DNA of 63,869 bases, filler included, from Reclinomonas americana ATCC 50394 (Eukaryota), in the NCBI GenBank assembly GCA_048213135.1. It is 7 parts of 2 records of this genome, joined end to end, with 100 filler letters (N's around TTAATTAATTAA, not from the genome) between each part and the next. Parts side by side here need not be neighbours in the genome. Positions count along the whole stretch, not along the records: positions 1 to 31,859 come from PS015039.1; positions 31,960 to 37,842 come from PS015039.1; positions 37,943 to 42,498 come from PS015039.1; 4 more parts are not named here. One strand, written 5' to 3'. Below the pieces are notes generated by a model. It did no database searches. It was given only the letters and a program-made list of their open reading frames with translations, and was not told the origin of the DNA. Made by a program: the position numbers and the translations under genes. Every line of letters starts with the position of its first letter. The stretch's first letter is position 1. Below, piece by piece: positions 28,799 through 40,641 of the stretch.

Positions 28799-31700
28799 TG
28801 GAGTCACGAGAGCATCTCCACCTCCGTCGCCGTCGTCACGAGGGCGCTCGAGGTGTCGTCACACTCTCCCTCCTCCGTGTGAGAGCAAGACGACCTTGCT
28901 CCCACACATTGTCGAAATTGTTAACGTTGGCGTTGGCGATTCTTCTCATCGGTCTCGCCTGCGTGCCTTCCTCTGTCGACGCCGCCTGCCACACGGTTAC
29001 TGTTCTGCATGGCGTGAAGGACACGTTTGCCGCACCGACAGGTGAGTGACAGTGCCGGGGTCTCTGGTATGTCAGTGTGAGAAATCGCAGCGCGCGCATC
29101 TCGTCAGCCACACCAGTGCACGCTGCTGCTGCTGCTCATCACACACACATACACACACACACACGCACACACTTCCTGAGTGTGTGCTGGGATGTGTATG
29201 AGTGGGTATTCGGAGTGTGTTGCACACCCATTTCCCAACTGAACACATGATTGATTTTCGCGCGCAAAATCTCTGCACTCCATTCTGTTCTCCGCCAACT
29301 CCTCGTCTCTTCACGCACACTCCCCACGAGTTCCTTTCTTTCAATTGCCTTTTTGTGTCTTCATTACACTGTCATTGTGTGTGCTGATTCGCCGAAATGG
29401 CGCAACGAGAGATGACAATGCATCAGTAGTCAGCTCCTTGCATTCTTCTCCCACATTCACCGCAAAGAGGCAAACGCGGCGGTGGTCGAGGCGCAAGTGC
29501 CTTTTGTCACATCTGGGCACTTAAGTCGCAGTCGCGTGTTCACCTCTCTCTTCCTTCTCTTTTGTCTCCCTCTCTGTCCCCCCACTCTCTCTTTCTTTCT
29601 CTCTCTCCCTCCCATCCGCCCTCTCCTCCTCTCTCCTCCGTCTTCCCCCGCAGCGTCTTCCCCTTCCCTCCACTCCACCATGCAATCGATTGATTTCGAT
29701 GAAACCCTCACCGCTGCGCTCCTCCTCCTCTCTGCGCAGATGCCGTCTCGCCCTCCGCGGCGCTCATCGCGGCCTTCTCGCCATACAAAGCCTTTGACAA
29801 CATCACCTTCAATGCGCCTGTGATTACCACCTTCACCGGCTTGCCCAACAACATGACAGCGGCCACCGTCAAGATGTTGATCACTGGCTACGGCAGCACC
29901 GACCAACCGGAGAACGACACCGTGTGGATCGGCGTGTACTCGTCTGGGAGTGGGTGGGTTTCGCCGTACTACACGAGCTCTATCAGCAGCATCATCTCGC
30001 CGTGGAACAAGACGTTGTATCCGTCGGGAGTATTACTCACGTACAGCCTGAGCTCCCTGGCTGGTCTTCTCACGTCGGTCAACTCGAGCCAGCGAGTTTC
30101 GCGTGTCTGCCTTGCATTGTGATACGTGTCTCCTGTCAGCGATGGTTGACGCTGCGCTCGCAGATTGATGTGATGGTGTGGGACGATACCATGGTCGACT
30201 ACATTGAGCTGACGTACTCGTTTGTTGCGTGACCCGCGGCACTGTGAAGCCATGCGAGAGATTCTTGTGTCTCACGCGCCGCGCCATCTCTCTCTGCTCA
30301 GTGCGACACCTATGGAACAGCGCCGATCACTGGTATGATAGGCGACGTGCGTGCGCACCGGCATTTCGTTGGCTGTTGCTCACGCATGGTCTTCTTTTCG
30401 GTGCAGCGTGCGGATCGCAGGCAGTTCCGACATACACGTTCTCTAACACAGTAGGGAGTGTAGCATTGTGCGACGGCACATGGGGCGTCGTCAGTGACTC
30501 AACGGCCACCAATCTGTGCAACAAGTGTGTACCTCGTATGTGCACATGGTGCTGCTTGACGTCTCTGTACTCACTCCGCGTTCCACACACTCGCAGTGTG
30601 CGCTTTGCGGTGTGTACTTCCAGCAGTGCCAGCATCCTTGCTTCGGTGCCATACGCCACTGCGTCTGCGACTGTGCCGGGCTGCTACGCATATCGCGCGG
30701 TGCAGGATGCCAACGCATGCAACGTGATCAACTTCTTGAACCCGAGTTTCAACGACTTGGCTGGATTCGGCAAGGACTGCATGTTCAAACAGAGTGGAGT
30801 AACCTCGTGCCCGGGCAGTGGGTGGGGTCGCATCGACTACATGACAAACTCAGCGTCTGGTGCACCGAACGGCTCGTACTCTCCGAATGGCATTGCCTGT
30901 TGTGCGATTGGTTCGTTGCTGCCCACTGTCCGTGTTGTCACACCCACATTGCACGCGCACATCACGCGCTGCTTTACCCTCTCGAGTCTGCCAGACTATC
31001 TGCACTATGATCGACTCTGTTTTCCGTTCTAGTCGCTCTCACTCTCTGTCCATTTCTGCTCACCTGCGATCCACACAGGCAACACCCCGCCCACGTCGGT
31101 GTCGCTGTCGCCAAATACGTACATTGCGCCGTCTGCCGGCGCACCACTGGTCATTGGTACGTTGTCGGCGGTGGACCCCGATGTCAGCGAGAGCTTCACG
31201 TACAGCATTATCGCCGGAGGCAATTCGGCGTCATTTTCTCTCTCTGGCAGTACTGTGTCCATGACTGCCAATGGTNNNNNNNNNNNNNNNNNNNNATCAC
31301 GACGACCAGCCTGTCGGTAACCTTCCGAACCACCGACTCGGTGGGGAACTACATGCAGCAGACGCTGACAATCGTTCCCGGTGTGTATGTGTTTTCCTGA
31401 TGAGCACGATGTCTCGTGACCGCTCACTCATTTATTGTGCTTCGTCGCGACAGCAAATATCGCGCCGACGGGCATCACACTGTCGTCGACGACATACACA
31501 CCGCCGGCGACCGCCAATGTCGTTGTCGGCACGCTAACGGCGACAGGAGCTGTTGCTGGCCAGTCTTTCACGTACACGATTGTCGGTGGCGCGAGCTCGG
31601 CACTCTTCAACATCTCTGGCTCGCAGCTCCGCATCACGAATGCCGGACAGACGGGAAACGGTCTGGTGGTGATCGTGCGAGCAACGGACAGCGCGTACAG

Positions 31701-31859
31701 TACGATGTACGACGACGAGACGTTTACGATCGATGAAGGTACGGAAAGCTTTTCAGAGTGCGTGCTCGTGTAGACTCTCTCAGGAATGTTGTTCTTTCCA
31801 GCCAATGTCGCTCCGACCAACATTTCCTTGTCGGCCACCACGTACACTCCGCCCACCAC
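28799..31859 (+). CDS. Secreted/surface protein with Cys-rich segment and cadherin-like repeats; 3' truncated at scaffold end
   Basis: Hydrophobic signal (LLTLALAILLIGLACVPSSVDA), a beta-rich domain ending IDVMVWDDTMVDYIEL, then repeats NTPPTSVSLS..VIGTLSAVDPDVSESFTYSIIAGG..FSLSG, NIAPTGITLS..VGTLTATG..FTYTIVGG..FNISG..VIVRATD and NVAPTNISLS. Confidence 0.7.
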
Positions 31860-31959
31860 NNNNNNNNNNNNNNNNNNNNNNNNNNNNNNNNNNNNNNNNN
31901 NNNTTAATTAATTAANNNNNNNNNNNNNNNNNNNNNNNNNNNNNNNNNNNNNNNNNNNN
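31860..31959. other. Artificial scaffold linker (N-TTAATTAATTAA-N); the same linker core is at 37887, 42543, 51699, 54430 and 60555
   Basis: Identical 12-mer with stops in all six frames, centred in a 100-nt N spacer, present six times. Confidence 0.97.
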
Positions 31960-32002
31960 ATTTCGTCCCATTCTCATCCCTCTTCTCCTTCTCTTTCTGC
32001 AG

Positions 32003-32752
32003 GGCGTCAACGCTCCCATCCCCGCCGGCGCGGCCTACGGCTTCCACCCGGGCGGCTGGGGCAAGCCGCCAGTCGACGAGCAGGGCCAACCACTGTACGG
32101 TGGCGATCTGTTTGGCATGTCGCAGGACGCGGCCGTGCTGACCAACATGCCACTGTGGGGTGAGCTGGAGGAGCCGGAGCCGGAGAGCGAGGAGGAGGAG
32201 GAGAGCGAGGAGGAGCAGCCGGCGGAGGAGGAGGCTGGTGGCGAGGAGGAAGCGGAGCCCGAAGCGGTGCCCATGATGGAGCAGTTTGGCGTGTCGCACA
32301 CTCCAGTGCCGTCGGCCGACGCCGGTTTTGGCTCGGTACCGCTGGGCTTCGAGACGCCGGAGACGGTGGATTTGCGCAAGAAGAAGGGCGAGGAGAAGCT
32401 GTATCACGTGCTGGAGGAGCGCGAGACCTCGATCGGCAACGCCATTATGGGCTCGAGCCATCGGTATGTCATGCCCGGCGCCGCCGCCGCCGCCTCTGCT
32501 GCCGCCCCCAAGGCCTCTGGTCTGGGCGTGCAGGTGTCGATCGATGTGGGCGACTTGGAGGAGGGCGTGTCGGAGGAGATGATCAAGCAAAAGTACATGG
32601 AGCAGCTGGAGGCACAAAAGTCGGCACGGACGGCCGAATCCGGCAGCGACATTGTCATGGAGGAGATTGCGAAGCGCGAACGGAAGCGCAAGCGCGAGGA
32701 GAAGGAGAAGGATGCGAAGAAGAAGCGACAAAAGACCGACTTCAAGTTCTGA
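32003..32752 (+). CDS. SF3B2: Splicing factor 3B subunit 2 (SAP145/Cus1), last exon only
   Basis: GVNAPIPAGAAYGFHPGGWGKPPVDEQGQPLYG, WGELE, GFETPETVDLRK, LYHVLEE, MGSSHRY and C-terminal DFKF. Confidence 0.96.
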   Translation, partial: GVNAPIPAGAAYGFHPGGWGKPPVDEQGQPLYGGDLFGMSQDAAVLTNMPLWGELEEPEPESEEEEESEEEQPAEEEAGGEEEAEPEAVPMMEQFGVSHTPVPSADAGFGSVPLGFETPETVDLRKKKGEEKLYHVLEERETSIGNAIMGSSHRYVMPGAAAAASAAAPKASGLGVQVSIDVGDLEEGVSEEMIKQKYMEQLEAQKSARTAESGSDIVMEEIAKRERKRKREEKEKDAKKKRQKTDFKF

Positions 32753-32985
32753 GAGCTGCTGGCGCGGGAAAGAAGTGGGAGGAGGGAGGGAGTGGAGTGG
32801 AGGGGGAAAAATACACACAATTATCAAGTGGAAACGTATTCANNNNNNNNNNNNNNNNNNNNNNNNNNNNNNNNNNNNNNNNNNNNNNNNNNNNNNNNNN
32901 NNNNNNNNNNNNNNNNNNNNNNNNNNNNNNNNNNNNNNNNNNNNNNNNNNNNNNNNNNNNTTTGTTGTTGTTGTTGTCTCCTGCG

Positions 32986-35173
32986 TTAACTAATGATAGT
33001 GTGCACTCGGGGAGTGAGAATGCGGACGCCCCACAAGAGGCACGCGGCAATAATCATCTTCGCCGTCAGCACCTTGCCGCTCGGGCGGCGAATGAGGCCA
33101 AAGTAGGCGGTGGAGTCGGGGTCCTTGCTGGTGGATTCTGCGAGGTGAGGGAGGCGTGAGAAAGAAGGGAGGAAGAGGGGAGTGACTAGGGGGGCGGGGT
33201 GGAGCGACAAGGGGAGCGGGGTGGAGAGACAAGGAGCGACAAGGGAGCGGATGGAGCGACAAGGGAGCAGGTGGAGCGAAAAGAGAGGAGAGGAGTGGAG
33301 CGACAGGAGGAGCGGGGTGGAGCGACAAGGGGAGCGGGGTGGAGCGACAAGGGAAGCGGGGTGCAGCGACAAGCGACAAGAGGAACGGGGTGCAGCGACA
33401 AGAGGAACGGGGTGCAGCGACAAGAGGAGCGGGGTGGAGCGACAAGAGGAGCGGATGAGGCGACAAGAGGAGCGGGGTAGAGCGACAAGGAGCGACAGAC
33501 GGAGAGAACAGAGTGAAAGCAGAAGTGGCAGAGCGACAGAGAGAATGAACATTCAGATGCTCCTCTTCCTTTCCCCCAGCCTGACTCATGACACAAGGAC
33601 TCCTTTTTCCTCCTGTCTCCCTTTCCTCAAACTCACCGGCATACACGTTGTGCTTGGCCACTCTCTGCAACACGGGCACGGGAATGTACTCAAACTCCTC
33701 GCGCTTCATCAGCAGGAAGCTCTTGCGACCAATCACGCGCCAAAAAGTCGGTGTGAACACCCACACAAACACGACCAGGGCCACGAGCTGGTACACGACG
33801 CCGTTGAAGAAGTCGGCCACCGTGTTCCAGTCAATGTCGTCCTGCGCAAAGTGCGTCAGTTCGGCCACCCTCCTCCCCCTATGTCTGCTCGCTTACCTTG
33901 TAAATACCCAGCAGCACACTTCCGGCAATCAGATTCACCAAAAAGTCGACCGGTCGCAGCAACACTGGCGTGCGCGACACGTACACGTACAGAAGCACGC
34001 CACCGGCAAAGCCGGCCAACGCCTGTCCCAGCGACGCCGACCCATCCAGCAAACAACTCGCAAACAAGCCCGCATACGCCGCCACTGCCACCGGCCAACT
34101 CACCAACTCGGCGGCGAATCCCCCCAACACGGCCGTCGACGCCAGCTTCTCCGACGGCATCATGTACGAGTTACCGGTGATCGGATAATCGTTCTTGCAC
34201 ACACACGGCCCCTCTTGGCGAATGGTGGCCTGCAGGAAGGTGGCCATGGAGAGCGCCAGGCCGACGCCAAAGAGCACATTGACGACCACGAACAGTGCAT
34301 GTCCGCTGGCCGTGTGCGAGTTGGCGCTTCGTCGCTTGCCCCACGTGAGAATGCGGATGACCAGGATCATGATGAAGCACAGTTGGCAGATGGTTGTTGG
34401 CTGATAGGAGAGGGGGGGAGAAGAGGATGGGTGGGGGAAGGAGGGGGAAGGAGGGGGAAGGAGGGGGAAGGGAGGGTGACGAATGAGTCGGACTGCGTGC
34501 AGTGGTTGCGCAGATTGCAACAACTGAGCAAGTGCAGTGATGGAGCAGGTGGAGGAGTGCAATGACGGAACAGAGTGACGGAGGAGAGACTGAGCAGTGA
34601 CGGAATGGAGCAATAAGCAGTGGCTGAGCAGAGTGAGCAGAGAGCAGTGAGGCAAGGGCAGTAATGGAGCAGAGTGAAGTGATGGAGGAGTAGACTGACC
34701 AAACGCAGTGACGGAACAGAGCAACAACTGAGCAGACAGTGTAGTGACTGAGTAGAGTGATGGAGGAGTGTGCAACACATGAGTTGACTGACTGCACAGG
34801 CAACTGAGCGAACGCTGACTGACTGCAATGACTGTGTCGGAATGAATGCACGAGACTGCATGCATACGAAACATCAAACCAGATCTGGAACTGTGAGAGC
34901 GCAGCAGAAATGTTGGAGTCTGGCGTTGGACTGCGTAATCCCAGAGAGTGTGAGAGAGAAACACAAAAAAACACACACACTCTCTCTCTCTCACACACAC
35001 ACACTTGCACACAACTCCTTGTAACAGTTGTTAAAGGCGTCGACAAAGCCATTGCCGTGTTGCAAGTGCGGGTTGCTCTTGTTGCACTTGTCGATCTCCT
35101 CATCGTCGACGAATGCACTCACAAACACAACAAGCACAAGAAAGACAACAACAGAAACACACAAGCGCCTCAT
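32986..35173 (-). CDS. Multi-pass membrane protein with signal peptide and degenerate PAP2/dolichyldiphosphatase-like motifs
   Basis: N-terminal MRRLCVSVVVFLVLVVFVSA; core exon LQATIRQEGPC..YMMPSEK..SCLLDGSASLGQALAGFAGG parallels PAP2 motifs C1-C3; several further TM helices. Confidence 0.55.
33190..33540. repeat. Intronic ~20-nt minisatellite (GGAGCGGGGTGGAGCGACAA variants)
   Basis: More than 15 tandem degenerate copies of the AGCGACAA-containing unit. Confidence 0.9.
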
Positions 35174-35393
35174 CCTGTGTGTGAGAGAGAGAGAGAGTGA
35201 GAGTGAGTGTCTTGAGGAGCGCGTTACCTCTTGCTCACTCACGCACTTGGACTTTGTGTACTTGTATTCGGATCAATGAAAGAGTTCACCAGCAGTACAG
35301 CTGATAACATGGAACGAACCAAGTAAACAAAACGCTATTCACACTTGGGCATTTATCATCTTCATGCTCCTTGTTGTTCTTTTCTCTCGCACT

Positions 35394-36476
35394 TTAGACG
35401 CGCTGCTCGGCCTCGTCGGCCATCGGCGTGTAGGCCAGCGCGTGCGACTGGCGCATGACAGTGACAGTCGGGGCCGCTTGAGCCGGTGCGGCCACCAGCA
35501 GCTGGTTTCCGTTCAGCGACACCGTGTTGAGCTGGCGCTGGAGGCGACGCACGCGCACAAACATGAGCGCGGCCACGACCACAGCAGCCACCAGGGCCAC
35601 CACGCCCGTCACCATCAGCGCAATCGACCAGCCGGGCGGACCGCGAGGCGGCTGCTGCTGACCGTGCTGCTGCTCATCGCGAGAGTTGCCACCGCCCTGC
35701 TGCGGAGGACGGTTCTGGCCCTGTTGCTCGTGTCCGCCCTCTTGCGGCGGGCGACCCTGACCACCTTGCTGGTCGTGTCCACCCTGCTGCGGTGGGCGTC
35801 CCTGGCCACCTTGCTGGTCGTGGCCACCCTGCTGCGGTGGGCGACCCTGGCCACCTTGCTGCTGGCCGCCCTCTTGCGGTGGGCGACCCTGGCCACCCTG
35901 CTGCTGGCCACCCTCTTGCGGCGGGCGACCCTGGCCACCCTGCTGGTCGTGGCCACCCTCCTGCGGAGGGCGACCCTGGCCACCACCTTGCTGCGGCGGG
36001 CGACCCTCCTCGGGCTCCGGCTCTCCGGCCGCACGAGCGCGGATCTGCGAGCGAGCGTGTGCCGACGGAGCCGCCATGCGCTGCAACACAGCGTGGCCAC
36101 CAGTCAGCTCTGCGGAGACGGCAGTCGGTGTCGGCGCCGGGGCATCATCGTCGTCATCGCCACCAGCTGGCGGCGGTGGAGGCGGGTGAGTGGCATCATC
36201 ATCACCATCGGCACCACCAGCTGGGGGCGGCGGTGGCGGAGGCGGATGAGGATGAGTGGAGTCGTCGTCGCCACCAGCAGGCGGTGATGGAGGTGGTGGT
36301 GGCGGCGGGTGAGGGTGCGTGGAGGAGTCGCCGTCTGCTGGTGGTGGGGGTGGTGGTGGGGGAGGACGGTGAGCGGCAGCCAGTGGCAGAGCGCCAGCTT
36401 GTGCCGACGAGATGGCGAGGAGGAGAAGCACCGCCAGCGCGAGGAGCGCGGCAGTGACGCGTTGTTGAGTCGTCAT
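35394..36476 (-). CDS. Intronless type I membrane protein, Pro-rich plus GQGRPPQ(E/Q)GG repeats, copy 1
   Basis: Signal peptide MTTQQRVTAALLALAVLLLLAISSAQA, THPHPPPPP repeats, eight RPPQ repeats, TM WSIALMVTGVVALVAAVVVAALMFV, short tail with YTPM. Confidence 0.85.
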   Translation of the reverse strand: MTTQQRVTAALLALAVLLLLAISSAQAGALPLAAAHRPPPPPPPPPADGDSSTHPHPPPPPPPSPPAGGDDDSTHPHPPPPPPPPAGGADGDDDATHPPPPPPAGGDDDDDAPAPTPTAVSAELTGGHAVLQRMAAPSAHARSQIRARAAGEPEPEEGRPPQQGGGQGRPPQEGGHDQQGGQGRPPQEGGQQQGGQGRPPQEGGQQQGGQGRPPQQGGHDQQGGQGRPPQQGGHDQQGGQGRPPQEGGHEQQGQNRPPQQGGGNSRDEQQHGQQQPPRGPPGWSIALMVTGVVALVAAVVVAALMFVRVRRLQRQLNTVSLNGNQLLVAAPAQAAPTVTVMRQSHALAYTPMADEAEQRV

Positions 36477-36993
36477 GATTATTGTTGTGGTTGTGCTTGT
36501 TGTTGTTGCTGAGGTGGTTGTCTTGGCTCACAAGGTAGGTGTGAATGATTGAACCAACCTCTGCGATGTTGGCGTTTTATGCAGCCGCGGCGATCGCCCG
36601 GCGGGTGGGAGCATTGTGATCTGCGATGCACGCACAAAACCGAACTCTGCGGACAGACAGGAGGCTCAAATTGACGGTCGGTCGACGATGCACACTGTCG
36701 CGACGTGCTGGCGGTGGGCAGGCGCGGGTGGGGTGGAGGACGGGGTGGAGGGGAGAGAAAGGGTGGGAGAGGAGGGCGGCGACTGCATGCGAAAAATGAA
36801 ACACGGACCAAATTGCAATTATCGTCGTTGAAGAGGAGTTCCACTTCGATATCGTGGCCAAGAGGAATCAGGCTCGCCGTACCAAAGCACATCTCCAGCC
36901 AAGACGCCGACGGCGGTGTTTCGGAGTTGGTCGACGAATTGCGTGCAAATTCTCGCGCAATCACTCCCACGCAATCACACGCACGCACACACA

Positions 36994-37842
36994 ATGGAAG
37001 CTGAGGTGCGCTCGTGCGGATTCATGTCTCCTGCAGTCTGCGTGTGTTTCACTTGGGAATGCACAGCACACACAGATCTTTGAGGGGCACACTGGCGACG
37101 TGAAGTGTGTCACCGTCACTCCCGATGGCCAGCATGTGGTGAGCGGGAGCGAGGACAAGACTGTGCGCGTTTGGTCGTTGGCCACTGGCGAGCAAGTGCA
37201 CAAACTGCGTGGACACACTGGGGAGGTGCTCTCTGTCGCTGTCGCTCCCGACAGTGAGCACATTGTGAGTGGCAGCGATGACTGCACGATTCGTGTGTGG
37301 TCACTGGCCAGTGGGAAGGAAGTGCGACGATTGGAGGGGCACTGGAATTCGGTGAACTCTGTCGCTGTCGTCATTCCCGATGGTGAGTTCATTGTGAGTG
37401 GCAGTTCCGACAACACACTGCGGGTGTGGTCGCTGGCGACAGGAGAGCAGGTGGGACGAATTGAGAAGAACATTGGCTTGCTTTGGTCCGTCGCCGTTGC
37501 TCCCGCTGGAACGTTCATCGTGAGCGGGAGCAGTAGAAACGAAGTGCAAATGTGGTCCACGGACAATGGGCAGGAACTGCGACTGTTCAGTGGACACACT
37601 GACGGGGTGTACTCCGTCGCTGTCACTCCCGACAGTCAGCACATTGTGAGCGGGAGCGATGACTGCACGATTCGTGTGTGGTGTGTGGCGAGCGGTGAGG
37701 AATTGCGGCGGGTGAACGTGCACCCTGACTGTGCGCGCTCGATCGCCATCACGCCCGATGGTCTGCACATTGTGAGTGGATATTGGAGTCACTCAGTGCA
37801 TTTGTGGTCGCTGGCTAGTGGAGATGAAATGCTGGTGTTGAA
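36994..37842 (+). CDS. WD40-repeat-only protein (high internal repeat similarity); 3' truncated
   Basis: 4-codon first exon MEAE, then repeats GHTG.V..VAVTPDGQHIVSGSDD.TVRVWSLASG. Confidence 0.9.
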
Positions 37843-37973
37843 NNNNNNNNNNNNNNNNNNNNNNNNNNNNNNNNNNNNNNNNNNNNTTAATTAATTAANN
37901 NNNNNNNNNNNNNNNNNNNNNNNNNNNNNNNNNNNNNNNNNNCTCATTCTCACTCCCCCCCCCCCCCCCCCAG

Positions 37974-38327
37974 TGTCGAACATCGGCCTCCGCCCAGTTG
38001 CCGCATCGCCGGAGCCAGAAGTTGCCGATGAGATTGCGTCAGACGAACCGTTGCCATCGTCGCGACCGCCACCCACGTCAAGAATCGTTGCTGGCGGCTC
38101 GTATCGCTGGACTCGAGGCGGAGCTGCAAGCAGAGCGCGTCGCCGCGGCACAGCGACATGATGCTGTTGTCGCTGAACTCTTCGCCGTTCGTGCTCAGGC
38201 AGCGCAGCAGGCGGAAGTTGTCCTCCAATTGAGAGCGGAGCGAGACGACCTCGCCGCGCAGTTGGCAGCTTTGCGAGATCACCTGCACGACACCGAACCG
38301 TCGGCTGGAGGAGGGCAAGCTCCGTGA
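37974..38327 (+). CDS. Probable terminal exon encoding a coiled coil (gene truncated by scaffold start)
   Basis: Heptad-rich LAARIAGLEAELQAERV...LRAERDDLAAQLAALRDHL after a pyrimidine tract and CAG. Confidence 0.4.
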   Translation, partial: CRTSASAQLPHRRSQKLPMRLRQTNRCHRRDRHPRQESLLAARIAGLEAELQAERVAAAQRHDAVVAELFAVRAQAAQQAEVVLQLRAERDDLAAQLAALRDHLHDTEPSAGGGQAP

Positions 38328-38613
38328 AGATCTCCATGGTTCTTCATTCTTCACCGTGCGATGTGCTGTGATCCATTTGCTCATCACCGCGACTCGCACA
38401 GATGCGCCTGAGATCAGTGCAAGCTTTGTACATATAGCGATGAACTGCAGTGTTTGTGTGGATGTTGTGGATGTGACTTTTGTCATGAGGACCGCTGTTG
38501 GTGTTGCAGTGGCTGCTGTACAGAAGGAAGACATGTATGTGGAGTAAACAAAACACTATTCACACTTGGCATTTATCATCTTCATGCTCCTTGTTGTTCT
38601 TTTCTCTCACACT

Positions 38614-39640
38614 TTAGACGCGCTGCTCGGCCTCGTCGGCCATCGGCGTGTAGGCCAGCGCGTGCGACTGGCGCATGACAGTGACAGTCGGGGCCGCTTG
38701 AGCCGGCGCGGCCACCAGCAGCTGGTTACCGTTCAGCGACACCGTGTTGAGCTGGCGCTGGAGGCGTCGCACGCGCACAAACATGAGCGCGGCCACGACC
38801 ACAGCAGCCACCAGGGCCACCACGCCCGTCACCATCAGTGCAATCGACCACCCGGGCGGACCGCGAGGCGGCTGCTGCTGACCGTGCTGCTGCTCATCGC
38901 GAGAGTTGCCACCACCCTGCTGCGGAGGACGGTTCTGGCCCTGTTGCTCGTGTCCNNNNNNNNNNNNNNNNNNNNGGCCAGCAGCAGGGTGGCCAGGGTC
39001 GCCCACCGCAGGAGGGCGGCCAGCAGCAAGGTGGCCAGGGTCGCCCACCGCAGGAGGGCGGCCAGCAGCAGGGTGGCCAGGGTCGCCCACCGCAAGAGGG
39101 CNNNNNNNNNNNNNNNNNNNNGCCCTCTTGCGGTGGGCGACCCTGGCCACCACCTTGCTGCTGGCCGCCCTCCTGCGGTGGGCGACCCTGGCCACCACCT
39201 TGCTGCGGCGGGCGACCCTCCTCCGGCTCCGGCTCACCGGCCGCACGAGCGCGGATCAGCGACCGAGCATGTGCCGACGGAGCCGCCATGCGCTGCAGCA
39301 CAGCGTGGCCACCAGTCAGCTCCGCGCCAACGGCAGTCGGTGTCGGCGCTGGGGCATCGTCGTCGTCATCGCCACCAGCTGGCGGCGGCGGCGGTGGGGG
39401 AGGCGGGTGAGGATGAGTGGAGTCGTCGTCGCCACCAGCAGGCGGTGATGGCGGTGGTGGTGGCGGCGGCGGGTGAGGATGAGTGGAGGAGTCACCGTCT
39501 GCTGGTGGTGGGGGTGGTGGCGGGGGAGGACGGTGGGCGGCAGCCAGTGGCAGAGCGCCGGCTTGTGCCGATGAGATGGCGAGGAGGAGAAGCACCGCCA
39601 GCGCGAGGAGCGCGGCAGTGACGCGTTGTTGAGTCGTCAT
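38614..39640 (-). CDS. Pro/Gln-Gly repeat type I membrane protein, copy 2 (repeat region gapped and partly mis-oriented)
   Basis: N- and C-termini nearly identical to 35394-36476; the piece between the two N gaps (38976-39101) is inverted. Confidence 0.8.
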
Positions 39641-40641
39641 GATTGTTGTGGTTGTTGTGCTTGTTGTTGCTGAGGTGGTTGTCTTGTCTCACAAGGTAGG
39701 TGTGAATGATTGAACCAACCTCTGCGATGTTGGCGTTTTATGCAGCCGCGGCGATCGCCCGGCGGGTGGGAGCATTTGTGATCTGCGATGCAAAAAACAC
39801 AAAACCGCTGCGAACTCGGACAGACAGCAGGCTCAAATTGACGGTCGGTCGACGATGCACACTGCCGCGACGTGCTGGCGGTGGGCAGGCGGGGGTGGGG
39901 TGGAGGACGAGGTGGTGGGGAGAGAAAAGGGCGGGAGAGGAAGGCGGCGACTGCATGCGAAAAATGAAACACGGACAAAATTGCAATCATGATCGTTGAA
40001 GAGGAGTTCCACTTCGATATCGTGGCCAAGAGAAACCAGGCGATGCGTGCGAGTGGCGGTGTTCGGAGCTGGTCGACTGGCGAGGTTGTGCAAATCCCAA
40101 CAAAACACCACAGCTCTGCGGATTCGAATTCGAACCGGACGCAATCGGACGACATGTACAAGCGACTGAAACTGCAACAACAACTTTACTCCAAACAGCA
40201 ACAGCTGCATGATGATCAACACACAAGGAACCTGCTGCTGCCTCAAGATTGGTGTCTGTGTTGATGTTTTGGATACGGTTGAACTTGGTCATCAAGACAG
40301 CTGTTGCTTGTTTGTTGGTGAATGAATTGTTGTTGTTGCCATCTTGAGTGAGCACCAGAAACTCAGACATCACGAAAAAAGGCGAGAAAAAGTCGAGATG
40401 GCGAAGGCATACTGGCGTTTCTGCAAGAGAAACCACGAGTTGCACTTGAGTGGGCTTCTTCTTGCTGCAGTCTTGGTAATTCACTAGGGGGTGTACTGCG
40501 CACAAAGATCTTCAAGTGGCACACTGCAGAGCTTGTGATCTGCTCGCAGTTGCCGTTGCTGGCGAACCCGCTGTGTTCTTTCGAACTGCATTTGCCGCAC
40601 GCCTTGCTTCGGCACCGAGGAGTACATCCTAATCATGTAAT

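Noticed and set aside
33190-33540. Repeat array as CRISPR, or the ORFs across it as proteins
   Set aside because: Head-to-tail degenerate minisatellite in an intron, with no unique spacers and no cas genes; eukaryotic context.
35700-36010. Homology to mammalian salivary proline-rich proteins
   Set aside because: Low-complexity resemblance only; the signal-plus-TM architecture differs.
38976-39101. Inversion inside copy 2 of the GQGRPPQ gene as a programmed switch
   Set aside because: Bounded by N gaps on both sides within a repeat; most likely a mis-oriented contig piece.
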